Source: Candidatus Jordarchaeales archaeon
GTDB taxonomy: Archaea > Asgardarchaeota > Jordiarchaeia > Jordiarchaeales > Freyrarchaeaceae
Direction: 5' to 3'
DNA length: 32,000 nt
NCBI GenBank assembly: GCA_038889235.1
Contig: JAWAHN010000001.1
Location: forward strand, 854,499 to 886,498
The notes under the pieces are model-generated. The model did not search any database, was not told the origin of the DNA, and saw nothing but the letters and a program-made list of their open reading frames with translations. Positions 1 through 8,539 of this stretch are shown one piece after another. A program made the translations under genes and the position numbers. The first letter of the stretch is position 1, and every line of letters begins with the position of its first letter.

Positions 1-459
1 CGCCGGGTAGAGGGCTATGTCTGCCTCTCCAAGGTTGACTAGTTCAAGCGTTAACACGCCTGCGTATCCCGGGTTAACAAGCGTCGCTGTAGCTATGATG
101 AGACCTAGGCGACCCCATGACGAACGCCCAATCACGTAGCCCATTAAGTCTTCAGGGAGCTTGATGTATTCCAGAGTACTTCCAAGTATGAGCTGGTTGG
201 GGCGCAGTATGAGTCTTTCGCGGAAGGGGACGTGAATCTTTTCCTGGTACTGTGCTATTTCTGTTTCTATATCGTAGCGGGCTGGGTCTAACAGGGAGTA
301 CTTTGTCCTCCTCGTCACTATGAATTCGGTTCCAAGCCTAAGATCTATTGACCCCGCGGATATTTGGTTCTTCGATATTAAGGGAGTTATTACAAGTCTT
401 TCACGTGGGTTTTGTGTGAAAAGCCGCTGCAAAATTTCTCTCCTTGAGAGGACAGTCAT
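1..459 (-). CDS. dcd: dCTP deaminase (trimeric dUTPase fold), divergent variant; 3' end runs off the window
   Basis: Not in the ORF track; translated by hand from ATG at 459: MTVLSRREIL...SIDLRLGTEF...LRPNQLILGSTLEYIKLPEDLMGYVIGRSSWGRLGLIIATATLVNPGYAGVLTLELVNLG. DLRLG, GRSS.GRLGL and PG..G.LTLEL.N are Dcd motifs. The start overlaps the upstream stop codon (ATGA, 456-459). Confidence 0.9.
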   Translation of the reverse strand, partial: MTVLSRREILQRLFTQNPRERLVITPLISKNQISAGSIDLRLGTEFIVTRRTKYSLLDPARYDIETEIAQYQEKIHVPFRERLILRPNQLILGSTLEYIKLPEDLMGYVIGRSSWGRLGLIIATATLVNPGYAGVLTLELVNLGEADIALYPA

Positions 460-1574
460 GATTCCGCCTCGCGCAAGCTTCTGTGTATTACGCTTAGCTC
501 AATAGCTTTTTCAATTAGTGCATCAAGCTTTCTTTTTGCCTGATGACGATCTTCAAGGGTTTCGGCCTTTAACAACTTGTAGAAGGCGGGCATATGGTCT
601 TTCTTAACTATCCAGCCAGCGTTTACTATAGAGGGGATCTCGGCGGGAAGCGTGGTGGTGTCCGGTAAAATCACTTCGTTCGGTGGAAGTAAATCTAGGA
701 TACGGGACACTAGTTGGGGTACCTCACTTTTGAAGATTTCAGGAGGGTAGTATGCTCTCGTCTCCTTGAAGTCTTTTTCTATTTTGCGGAAAAGTTCTAC
801 TTTGGCTGGAGACATTTCTCCTAGCGGTGGAAGGAGGGGAGCAAGGAAGCGGCTCTCACAGTAACCTTCTTCGACGAGGAGGAAGACTACGCCTTGTAAG
901 CGCAAGTTGCCCTCAGGTGTAGAGGGAGATTTTGAGCTTAAGAGGGAGAAGAGATACGCGGGGCCAAACATCAGCGCGGCTAACCTGTCAGCGGCAACGG
1001 ATACCAATTCTCCTGGGAGCCCTTTGGGAGAGACAGTTTCTAAATGATTCCCCGACTTTAGCAGGTAGAGGGCGAATTCACGCGAAGCTATGCAGTATGA
1101 GAGCGGGTCGTTTTTGAGAGAGTAGGGGAGAGAAAGAAAGATGACATCTTCCTCCAACTCTTGACTCTCAGACGGGGCGATACTGGAGGACAGGGCAATC
1201 AGGTCGGATAGGCATATGTGGGACGTAGTTGAGGACTGGAAGCAGACGATTGGTATCAGCTTCTTCTCTATTCTCTCGGCGAGGTATTCAACCAGGTAAA
1301 CGGCGCTTAGGGGGGTATACTGGGTGCTTGAGCGCTCAATTTTCTCGACGAGAGCGTAGAGAAGTTGCAGAAGTAGGTGTCCCTTTTCGAGGACGCAGCC
1401 CTCCATAGAAGAAGGTAAATGAGAATCCAACGAAAAGCGCAGTTTTCTGAGAAATGTTGCGAGTAGGTTTACAGCTTTCTTTTGGGTGAATCTTGGGAAA
1501 ACACCTAGCTTAACGCTCTTTAAAGATTCTTCCACATCGAAAATTCTCTCTATGAACGTGAATAAATTATTCAT
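456..1574 (-). CDS. Uncharacterised 372-aa protein with possible degenerate zincin/metallopeptidase-like fold, coupled to dcd
   Basis: Long ORF with SD GAGGTG about 9 nt before the ATG and an ATGA overlap with dcd. Motifs: ASREFAL (HExxH-like position), ADRLAALMFGPAY, PPNE...IVNAGW, LIEKAIE. The fold call is inference. Confidence 0.75.
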   Translation of the reverse strand: MNNLFTFIERIFDVEESLKSVKLGVFPRFTQKKAVNLLATFLRKLRFSLDSHLPSSMEGCVLEKGHLLLQLLYALVEKIERSSTQYTPLSAVYLVEYLAERIEKKLIPIVCFQSSTTSHICLSDLIALSSSIAPSESQELEEDVIFLSLPYSLKNDPLSYCIASREFALYLLKSGNHLETVSPKGLPGELVSVAADRLAALMFGPAYLFSLLSSKSPSTPEGNLRLQGVVFLLVEEGYCESRFLAPLLPPLGEMSPAKVELFRKIEKDFKETRAYYPPEIFKSEVPQLVSRILDLLPPNEVILPDTTTLPAEIPSIVNAGWIVKKDHMPAFYKLLKAETLEDRHQAKRKLDALIEKAIELSVIHRSLREAES

Positions 1575-1765
1575 CTTTTAGGGCACCTCGAGGAATACCG
1601 GTTTTCGGCGGCTTTCTAAAAGTTTTCTTTCCTTGGGTAAGTATGTGAAGCGCAGATTATTTGAAACGTAGTTCCTACAAATTAAGGAAAGAGGCTATTT
1701 AGTGTTTTCGTTTCGCAATGTTCTAAAAAGGTGCCTAAAGTTTGTATTTGTGAAAGTGAGGGATG

Positions 1766-1779
1766 CAAAAGTTTAAATA
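1766..1779 (+). promoter_or_regulatory. Candidate BRE-TATA promoter for the MTase/ATP-grasp gene
   Basis: CAAAAG followed by TTTAAATA (1772-1779) in an AT-rich divergent intergenic region. Confidence 0.45.
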
Positions 1780-1907
1780 ACGATCATTAATGAAGAGGAT
1801 TTCAAAGAAACATAAAAGTAAGTATGAGGGTTCTTATAGGGGAAAACTTTTCGAATAAGAGTAGAAATGAATAGAAATGAATCTAATGGGAGGAGAAATG
1901 GATAACA

Positions 1908-3944
1908 ATGGATGATAATTATTGTGAGGAACGACATAAAACTTCTTCTGTGAATGGCAAGAAAAACGGTGACCACAAGAAGAGCAGTAAAAGTAATCAC
2001 AAGGAAAATAACCATAAATCCCGAGTGAGAACACTTGGACCAGTAGATAACTTGGAGGAGTATGTTCCACAAGACTGGTGGAGACGCATTTTCAATTCTC
2101 TCTATCTGAAAACTGACGGAGACGTGGTCAACGACCAGGAAATAACAAGGTACGAAGTGGACTTGTTCTCTTCGATATTAAACCTTAAACCTGACGATAG
2201 GATCCTAGATTTGTGCTGCGGCCACGGAAGACACTCGTTAGAGTTGGCAAGGAGAGGATTTAGGTTCGTTGAAGGACTCGACAGATCGCACTACTTGATA
2301 CAGAAGGCTAAGGAGAGAGCGAAGAAAGAGGGATTAAGCGTCCGCTTCAGGGTGGGGGACGCTAGGAAGCTACCTTATCCCCCAGACACGTTTGACGTGG
2401 TGTTGATCCTAGGAAACAGCTTTGGTTACTTTGAAACAGTGTACGACGACTTGAAAGTTTTGAAGGAAGTTTTCAGAGTTCTGAAACCCTGGGGACGGGT
2501 CCTGATAGACGTTGCAGATGGGGAATACCTTAAAGAGCACTTCCAGCCTCGTTCGTGGGAGTGGATAGACAAAAAACACTTTGTGGTTAGGGAGCGCATG
2601 CTATCCGCTGACCGCCAGCGTCTCATTTCACGTGAGATAATTACACACGTCGAAAAGGGAGTTATTGCAGACCACTTCTACGCGGAGAGGCTTTACACGA
2701 AGGAAACTCTCAAGGAATTGTTGCAACAGGCGGGTTTAAGCAATATTGCATTTCACGGAGAGCTGGAAACGCAGTCTAAGCGCAACCAAGACCTAGGAAT
2801 GATGGCGAAGCGTATAATCGTCACAGCTATAGCTAAGAAAGAGTGGACGCCGGTAAAGAGTAAGGAGAAGGAGGCGCTTTTAACTGTAGCAGTGATTCTA
2901 GGTGATCCTAGGAAGCATGACCCGCTAAAGCCAGGTGGAGTGTTCGATGACGACGACTTCTACACTATTAACATGCTCAAGGACGCTTTGAGGCAACTTA
3001 AAGGCTACAACTTCATATACCTAGACAACCACGACACGTTACTCCAAGACTTAATTAAACTTAAACCAAAAATAGACTACGTTTTCAACTTATGCGACGA
3101 AGGATTCTACAATGATCCTAGGAAAGAACTGCACATCCCAGCGCTACTTGAAATGCTGAATATACCTTACACGGGTTCAGGGCCGCAGCCTTTAGCTCAC
3201 TGCTACGATAAGTCTCTGATAAGAGGATTGGCAAAGGAAATGGGGATCCCTGTCCCCGAGGGAGTTCTAGTTAAGCCTGGAGATGAAACAATAGAGCTGC
3301 CGTTCGGCTTCCCAGCCATTGTAAAGCCAAACTTCGGTGACTCCAGCTTCGGAATAACGTGTAAATCAGTCGTTAACAATTACGACGAGCTGCTGAGCAC
3401 GATAAACGAAATGCGTGAAAGGTTTGGGTACAATAAGCCTATACTCATTGAAGAGTTCCTCACAGGAAAAGACCTTACAGTGGGCATAATAGGGAATGTG
3501 CCAGACTCCTATATGGTCCTGCCGATAACTGAAGAAGACTACTCCTGCTTACCGGACGGGTTACCGCCGATCTGCAGTTATGAAGCTAAATGGCTCCCTG
3601 ACTCACCCTACTGGAACATAAAGTCGAAGCCCGCAGAGATACCTCCTGAAACAGAGGCGTTCATAGTGAGGGCTTGCCTCAACCTGTTTGAACGCCTCGA
3701 AATTAGGGACTACTGCCGGTTCGACTGGAGACTCGACGCAAAGGGAAGGCCGAAACTCCTCGAAGTTAACCCCAACCCTGGCTGGTGCTGGGATGGACAC
3801 CTAGCAAAAATGGCGAAAATAGCTGGAATGTCTTATGCTGAAATGCTAGGGGCTATACTGAAGGCCGCTGAGCAGAGGTTAGGGATCAGGCCGAAGAACG
3901 GAGAGTACGGAGTAACGGGAAGTGTGGCGGAGGCTACAACGTAA
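1908..3944 (+). CDS. Class I SAM-dependent methyltransferase fused to a D-Ala-D-Ala-ligase-like ATP-grasp domain
   Basis: N-terminal half: ILDLCCGHGRH (motif I), GLDRS, GDARKLP, FDVVLILGNSFGYF. C-terminal half: PYTGSG..LAHCYDK, FPAIVKP..GDSSFGI, LIEEFLTG, SYEAKW, RFDWRLD, LLEVNPNPG. The first ~40 aa are K/N/H/S-rich and low complexity. Confidence 0.9.
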   Translation: MDDNYCEERHKTSSVNGKKNGDHKKSSKSNHKENNHKSRVRTLGPVDNLEEYVPQDWWRRIFNSLYLKTDGDVVNDQEITRYEVDLFSSILNLKPDDRILDLCCGHGRHSLELARRGFRFVEGLDRSHYLIQKAKERAKKEGLSVRFRVGDARKLPYPPDTFDVVLILGNSFGYFETVYDDLKVLKEVFRVLKPWGRVLIDVADGEYLKEHFQPRSWEWIDKKHFVVRERMLSADRQRLISREIITHVEKGVIADHFYAERLYTKETLKELLQQAGLSNIAFHGELETQSKRNQDLGMMAKRIIVTAIAKKEWTPVKSKEKEALLTVAVILGDPRKHDPLKPGGVFDDDDFYTINMLKDALRQLKGYNFIYLDNHDTLLQDLIKLKPKIDYVFNLCDEGFYNDPRKELHIPALLEMLNIPYTGSGPQPLAHCYDKSLIRGLAKEMGIPVPEGVLVKPGDETIELPFGFPAIVKPNFGDSSFGITCKSVVNNYDELLSTINEMRERFGYNKPILIEEFLTGKDLTVGIIGNVPDSYMVLPITEEDYSCLPDGLPPICSYEAKWLPDSPYWNIKSKPAEIPPETEAFIVRACLNLFERLEIRDYCRFDWRLDAKGRPKLLEVNPNPGWCWDGHLAKMAKIAGMSYAEMLGAILKAAEQRLGIRPKNGEYGVTGSVAEATT

Positions 3945-3949
3945 AGACA

Positions 3950-3968
3950 GGGAAAAGCCCCCTTTCCC
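3950..3968. terminator. Weak hairpin between convergent genes
   Basis: GGGAAA-(7 nt)-TTTCCC in the 34-bp gap between two stop codons. Confidence 0.3.
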
Positions 3969-3978
3969 ATCCTTAACC

Positions 3979-5148
3979 TTATTTTTTGCACACGAATACT
4001 CTAACGTCTAAGTTGCCATATTTGACCCATCTCTCCTGGACTATTGTTAAGCCCTCGTTGCTTGACAACATTTTAACTAGTTTTGTGTGAGGAGTAATTA
4101 AACACAAGGATCCATCGTCTGACAATATGTGGCGGGCAACCTTGAAAAGTGAAGAGTAAATTGTTTCTACATTTTTGGGATGACCAACCCTTAGACCATA
4201 TGGAGGGTTAACCACAATTAGATCGAAACTTCCCTGCTCATCTTTCATGTAATCCTCTAAACGCTTCACTCTGAAATCTATGGTGTCATGCACCATGACT
4301 GCCCTCGCGTGTTTTTTCGCGCTCTCTACATATTTTTCTTTAATGTCACTCCCTATTATCTGTGGCTTCTCATGGTACTTTATTTTGCTGTCTAACTCGT
4401 CGAAGATTTTTTCAAGGTCTATTTCAGGGAAAGGAGAATGTCTGACCACTTGAAGAGTTCTCTTCCTTAGATACGCTGATGGGATCCCCCTAGCCATGCA
4501 TGCTGCCTCGATGACTATGGTGCCCAGCCCGCACATGGGGTCTAAAAGCACCCTTGTTCCGTTCCAATCAACAAGTTTTAACATCGCTGCAGCTATGACG
4601 GGACTTAAAGGTGCGGGGTGGATTAGCTCTGTCCTATAGCCTCTCTTCTCCAGGGGGGTATCTCCTGTTAAGTCGAGGGCAAAATAGAAGCGATCATGTA
4701 AAACGTAGCTCCTAAATATTACGTCTGGCTCGTCTAAGTTGACCCTTTGTCTATAGTTTTTCTCTTTAAGCACGCGGTCTATTACTGCCTGTCCGACGAC
4801 GCGGGCCACATCTATCGACGTATACTCGTGTGCACCCACCCTCTTACTTCTAACTGCAAAAGAATCGTTGCTGGTTAGATAAGAAGTGAAATCTGCGGCC
4901 TGTACAGCTTCATATATGATTTTCAAGTCTTCCTTCGTTCCGCTAAGGCTTGCTTCTGCCAGTTTAAGCGTGACGCGCTTGATGAGACGCGCAAGGTAAA
5001 GCAGTTTTATGGCCTCCTCTATTTTGTCAACACTCACAGCGATTCTTCCCGGGCCATCTACGTGCGCCCTTCTGCCAGTTATTTCTTGAGCCTCCTTAGC
5101 GGCTAGATCCTCTATTCCTGCCGCTGTAGTTGCAAAAACCGTGAACAA
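3979..5148 (-). CDS. trm14: THUMP-domain tRNA (guanine-N2)-methyltransferase, Trm14-like
   Basis: THUMP segment FAVRSKRVG...VGQAV, then GYR...HPAPL...IAAAML, DPMCGLGTI.IEAA and NPPYG. TTG start. Confidence 0.88.
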   Translation of the reverse strand: MFTVFATTAAGIEDLAAKEAQEITGRRAHVDGPGRIAVSVDKIEEAIKLLYLARLIKRVTLKLAEASLSGTKEDLKIIYEAVQAADFTSYLTSNDSFAVRSKRVGAHEYTSIDVARVVGQAVIDRVLKEKNYRQRVNLDEPDVIFRSYVLHDRFYFALDLTGDTPLEKRGYRTELIHPAPLSPVIAAAMLKLVDWNGTRVLLDPMCGLGTIVIEAACMARGIPSAYLRKRTLQVVRHSPFPEIDLEKIFDELDSKIKYHEKPQIIGSDIKEKYVESAKKHARAVMVHDTIDFRVKRLEDYMKDEQGSFDLIVVNPPYGLRVGHPKNVETIYSSLFKVARHILSDDGSLCLITPHTKLVKMLSSNEGLTIVQERWVKYGNLDVRVFVCKK

Positions 5149-5154
5149 AGCAGG

Positions 5155-5931
5155 TCACTCTTCTACTTGTGGCTGTGCAGAGAGACGGTCTCTAATTTTT
5201 CTCAATACTCCTAAAAGCGTATAAATTTCTCTTCCACTAATCCAGGCCCTCGAAATTATGTTCCTGAAGGCTTTTTCCACCAGCGGGATCTTTTCTTCCC
5301 GGTATCCTAGCAGTTGGATTATCTCTCTGAAGAACTTGATTGCTTGCTCCCGTTCGACCTTGTTCGCTGTTCTAGCCTTAATCCTTTTGCTGCCAGACAA
5401 AGACTTGAACAATTCGTAAAGAACTATTGCTACAGCGTGAGAGAGGTTGAGAGTAGGATAAGTATCTGATGTTGGAATTGTGACGACAATGTCTGCCAGT
5501 TTTAGCTCTTCGTTCGTCAGCCCAATGCTTTCCCTACCGAAAAGTATTGCCACTCGTCCTCTAACGCTCTTCAAATTCTCAGCAAGTAATTGGGGGGTGA
5601 TCGCTGTCCTAAATACGTTGTATTGATCGCCGAGCTTGGCCGTGGTTGCTACAACGCAGTCTACGTTGGATACTGCCTCCTCTATGCTACTTACTATTCG
5701 AGCTTGTTCCAGCACGTCCTTTCCCCGTTTGGCTAGTATGTATGCTTCTTCAAACGATGAGAACTTCGGGTTTACTATGACTAGCTCGCCCATGAAGTTT
5801 TTTATCAACCTAGCTACCGCTCCGACGTTACTTGCATGCTCTGGTTCAACCAAAACGACCACTATTTCGCACACCGCCCTCACTCTCGCGTGAAGGTATT
5901 CATTTCGTGTAAATTTGAATCGTGTCACCAT
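5155..5931 (-). CDS. trmJ: SPOUT RNA methyltransferase, TrmJ/TrmH family
   Basis: VVLVEPEHASNVGAVARLIKNF, LFGRESIGLTNEEL, TLNLSHAVAIVLYE. The true start may lie a little downstream. Confidence 0.88.
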   Translation of the reverse strand: MVTRFKFTRNEYLHARVRAVCEIVVVLVEPEHASNVGAVARLIKNFMGELVIVNPKFSSFEEAYILAKRGKDVLEQARIVSSIEEAVSNVDCVVATTAKLGDQYNVFRTAITPQLLAENLKSVRGRVAILFGRESIGLTNEELKLADIVVTIPTSDTYPTLNLSHAVAIVLYELFKSLSGSKRIKARTANKVEREQAIKFFREIIQLLGYREEKIPLVEKAFRNIISRAWISGREIYTLLGVLRKIRDRLSAQPQVEE

Positions 5932-7060
5932 CCATTAGAACATGGTCCAAACCTACTTTTTCTCCATCATACTTCGCTGACGGACCGTAAATCTTGGCGT
6001 AGCTAAAGGTTTTAAGCATGGATGGACGTATTCGTTTGACGGCATCACGAACGGTAGCGCCCTTCTTCAACACAAGTGGCTTTTCAGACCTTTGTCCTCC
6101 GGGTTCTTTAGTGTAAACGCGTATTATGTTTAGGGAAGAGAAAAATGCTTTACTCAGCTCATCCAGACCTTTACCTGTAAGGGAAGAAACAGGGTATATC
6201 GGGAAACTTGAGGAGTAGTGTTCCTTCAAAATTTTGAAGTTCTTAGCGCTCCCCGGAGCGTCTCCTTTATTAGCAATTATCAAAGCGGGTTTGAAGCACG
6301 CGGACTCGTCCATAGCTAGCTTCACATCTTCAATGGTTACAGGCTCCTTTATGTAGACTACTGCGTTAAAAATTCGCTTGGATGCCAGAAAACCGTGTAG
6401 TTCTTCGACATCACCTTTAAAGAGGGATGAGCCCACTATTTGTATTCCTCCTTCCCCTGTTTTTTTAATTTGCACGGCTGGTCGCTGCCTATTCAGGTAG
6501 ATTTTCTGTTTTTCAAGCTCCTTGATTACGGTGGAAACTTGGAGAACGGGGTCAGCAGTCAAATCAACTACTATCGCGACGACGTCAGCTGTTCTAATTA
6601 GAGAGAATATTCTAGGTCCGTTAGCACTCTCGGCACATCCATCGAAAAGCGGGGGTGACTCAACCAATTGTATCAAAACTCCGTCAAAATTGAGAGCTCC
6701 TACTTCGGGAGAGGTGGTCGTGAATGGGTAATCGCCGACCTTTGCGTCCGCTCCCGTAAGACGGTTGAGGAGGAGACTTTTTCCACTATTAGTCAACCCG
6801 ACAAGGACTATTTGGCCGCTTCCCTCTTTCTTAACATTAAACGATGGAGCACTTCCCGCCTTGCGGGCCTTTTCTTTCTCAATCTCTTCCTTCAGTTTGG
6901 CTAAGCGCTTCTTTAAATGACGTTCTAGTTTTTCAGTACCTTTATGCTTGCTCATCTTTGAGAGGAGCTCTTCAATAGCTTTGATTTGTTCTTCCTTTGT
7001 TCTAGCCTCTTCTAGCTTCTTTAGAGCTACTTGGGCCTCCGCGCCTAAATTAGTGGGCAC
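5900..7060 (-). CDS. DRG/OBG-family GTPase with C-terminal TGS domain
   Basis: N-terminal MPTNL...KHKGTEKL, G1 GLTNSGKS, G2 YPFTT, G4 NKGD, TGS segment IRVYTK...GATVRD...A.IYG.SAK..G.KVGLDHVL.DGD. G3 is degenerate (ESPP). GTG start after GGAGG. Confidence 0.92.
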   Translation of the reverse strand: MPTNLGAEAQVALKKLEEARTKEEQIKAIEELLSKMSKHKGTEKLERHLKKRLAKLKEEIEKEKARKAGSAPSFNVKKEGSGQIVLVGLTNSGKSLLLNRLTGADAKVGDYPFTTTSPEVGALNFDGVLIQLVESPPLFDGCAESANGPRIFSLIRTADVVAIVVDLTADPVLQVSTVIKELEKQKIYLNRQRPAVQIKKTGEGGIQIVGSSLFKGDVEELHGFLASKRIFNAVVYIKEPVTIEDVKLAMDESACFKPALIIANKGDAPGSAKNFKILKEHYSSSFPIYPVSSLTGKGLDELSKAFFSSLNIIRVYTKEPGGQRSEKPLVLKKGATVRDAVKRIRPSMLKTFSYAKIYGPSAKYDGEKVGLDHVLMDGDTIQIYTK

Positions 7061-7143
7061 CGCTGTGCCCCCTCCGAGAAATTCTTTGCCGCATTTTCCC
7101 GTATTTCAGGAATAATGAGAAGAGGATAAAAAAGATGGTGGTC

Positions 7144-7734
7144 TTATCGGGAGAAAGAAATAAGAATTATTTCTTCGAAGAAGAATTTTCTCCTTGCGTC
7201 TACGCTGTACTTGAACCCGAGGAGCGAAAGCTTTCTTAAAACTTTTTCGGGTTGCATGACCGAAGATAAAATGATTTGGAACGCGGTTTGTGGGTGCAAT
7301 TTTTTAGCCATACGTACAAAGCGGTTAACAGTCTTTCGGCCTGTTTTTCCTCCACTCCATGCTAACCCCAATCTCCCCTTGTCACTGACGGGGAGATAAG
7401 GTGGGTTAAACGCCACGACATCAAAAAAGACACCGGGCTTAAGTGGAGCGATAATATCGCCCACAATTACATCTACTTTCTCTTTACAGCCATTTTTGTC
7501 GGCGTTTATAAGCGTGTTCTTAGCCGCCAGGGAGGATACATCTATTGCAACGACGCGCTTCGCTCCTTTAGCTATTGCGGCGAGCGTTATAAGACCCGTG
7601 CCGGACCCAACATCCAGCACTACGTCTCCTGGTTTCACAGCTAGGTTTTCCGCGAGCAAGAAGGAGTCTTCGGCAGGGTCGTAAACCTCATCAAAAATGA
7701 GCAGGGAGAATTTATCTATCTTCCTTTCCTTCAT
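7144..7734 (-). CDS. HemK2/PrmC-type protein methyltransferase (release-factor glutamine methyltransferase family)
   Basis: VYDPAEDSFLL, LDVGSGTG, FNPPYLP, WSGGKTGR; lies in the conserved rpl21e-rpoF-DUF655-ksgA-hemK string. Confidence 0.9.
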   Translation of the reverse strand: MKERKIDKFSLLIFDEVYDPAEDSFLLAENLAVKPGDVVLDVGSGTGLITLAAIAKGAKRVVAIDVSSLAAKNTLINADKNGCKEKVDVIVGDIIAPLKPGVFFDVVAFNPPYLPVSDKGRLGLAWSGGKTGRKTVNRFVRMAKKLHPQTAFQIILSSVMQPEKVLRKLSLLGFKYSVDARRKFFFEEIILISFSR

Positions 7735-8539
7735 AAACGACTCTCCTCACCCAAGACGTCAATTCTTTTATCTCCTCTGGGGTAAGTACCCGTGGACGCT
7801 TCTCGGAAAACGGCGATTTCTCTGCAACACTTAGAGCGCAACTTTTTGAAAAACCCGCATGCTCGAGGAGAATAGCAAGGCTGTGCTTGACCTTCCTGTT
7901 TGGCATAGTGAACAGGTAACGTGAAACCTCTGAGAATAGGGGGTCATCGATGGCGACCGGTTTAGGCGTGAGTAGGACTATTGCTGAGTTAACCTTTGGT
8001 GGAGGGTAGAAATTTTTCCTGTCGACAATTTCCAGGATTTCAACATTCAGGTATGTTTGAGCGCTCACCGAAAGGCGGCCGTAGTCCTTTGATCCTGGAG
8101 AGGCTACCAGACGGCGGGCAAATTCGAGCTGTAGTGTTAAAACAGCTTTTTCAAAACGTAAAGGGGCTATCTTGAAGATTAGTGGGGCCGAGATGGAGTA
8201 TGGTGGATTTGAAACAATCTTGTTAAACTCGGGAAGATCTAACTCTAAGAAGTCTGCATGTATCACTTCAACATTTTTGAAAGAGGAAAGGTAGTCTCGG
8301 AGGAAGAGAACTAGCCTTCTATCAGACTCTATGGCATAAACTAGCTTTGCGCGTTCGGCTAAAGCGCGCGTCAGCCACCCTAGACCTGCACCAATATCTA
8401 GTACTATATCTTTTTCTGTGACTTCGGCATAATCAACCTCTCGCCTTATTATTTGTGGATTCAGAAGGAAGTTTTGGCCGCGGCGTCTGCTGGGCTTTAT
8501 CCCGTATTTTCTCAGTACAGTTTTCACTTCATTTTCCAT
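7712..8539 (-). CDS. ksgA: 16S rRNA adenine dimethyltransferase KsgA/Dim1
   Basis: GQNFL, LDIGAGLG, VSNPPYSIS, YGRLSV, FYPPPKVNSA. Confidence 0.95.
   Translation of the reverse strand: MENEVKTVLRKYGIKPSRRRGQNFLLNPQIIRREVDYAEVTEKDIVLDIGAGLGWLTRALAERAKLVYAIESDRRLVLFLRDYLSSFKNVEVIHADFLELDLPEFNKIVSNPPYSISAPLIFKIAPLRFEKAVLTLQLEFARRLVASPGSKDYGRLSVSAQTYLNVEILEIVDRKNFYPPPKVNSAIVLLTPKPVAIDDPLFSEVSRYLFTMPNRKVKHSLAILLEHAGFSKSCALSVAEKSPFSEKRPRVLTPEEIKELTSWVRRVVYEGKEDR

Noticed and set aside
320-1117. Short plus-strand ORFs 320-505 and 932-1117
   Set aside because: They are antisense to dcd and the 372-aa ORF, and show no motifs.
1773-2072. Minus-strand ORFs 1773-2072 and 1834-2070 (hydrophobic-looking)
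   Set aside because: They are antisense to the purine-rich 5' end of the MTase fusion; the F/L/I/S richness simply mirrors the A-rich plus strand.
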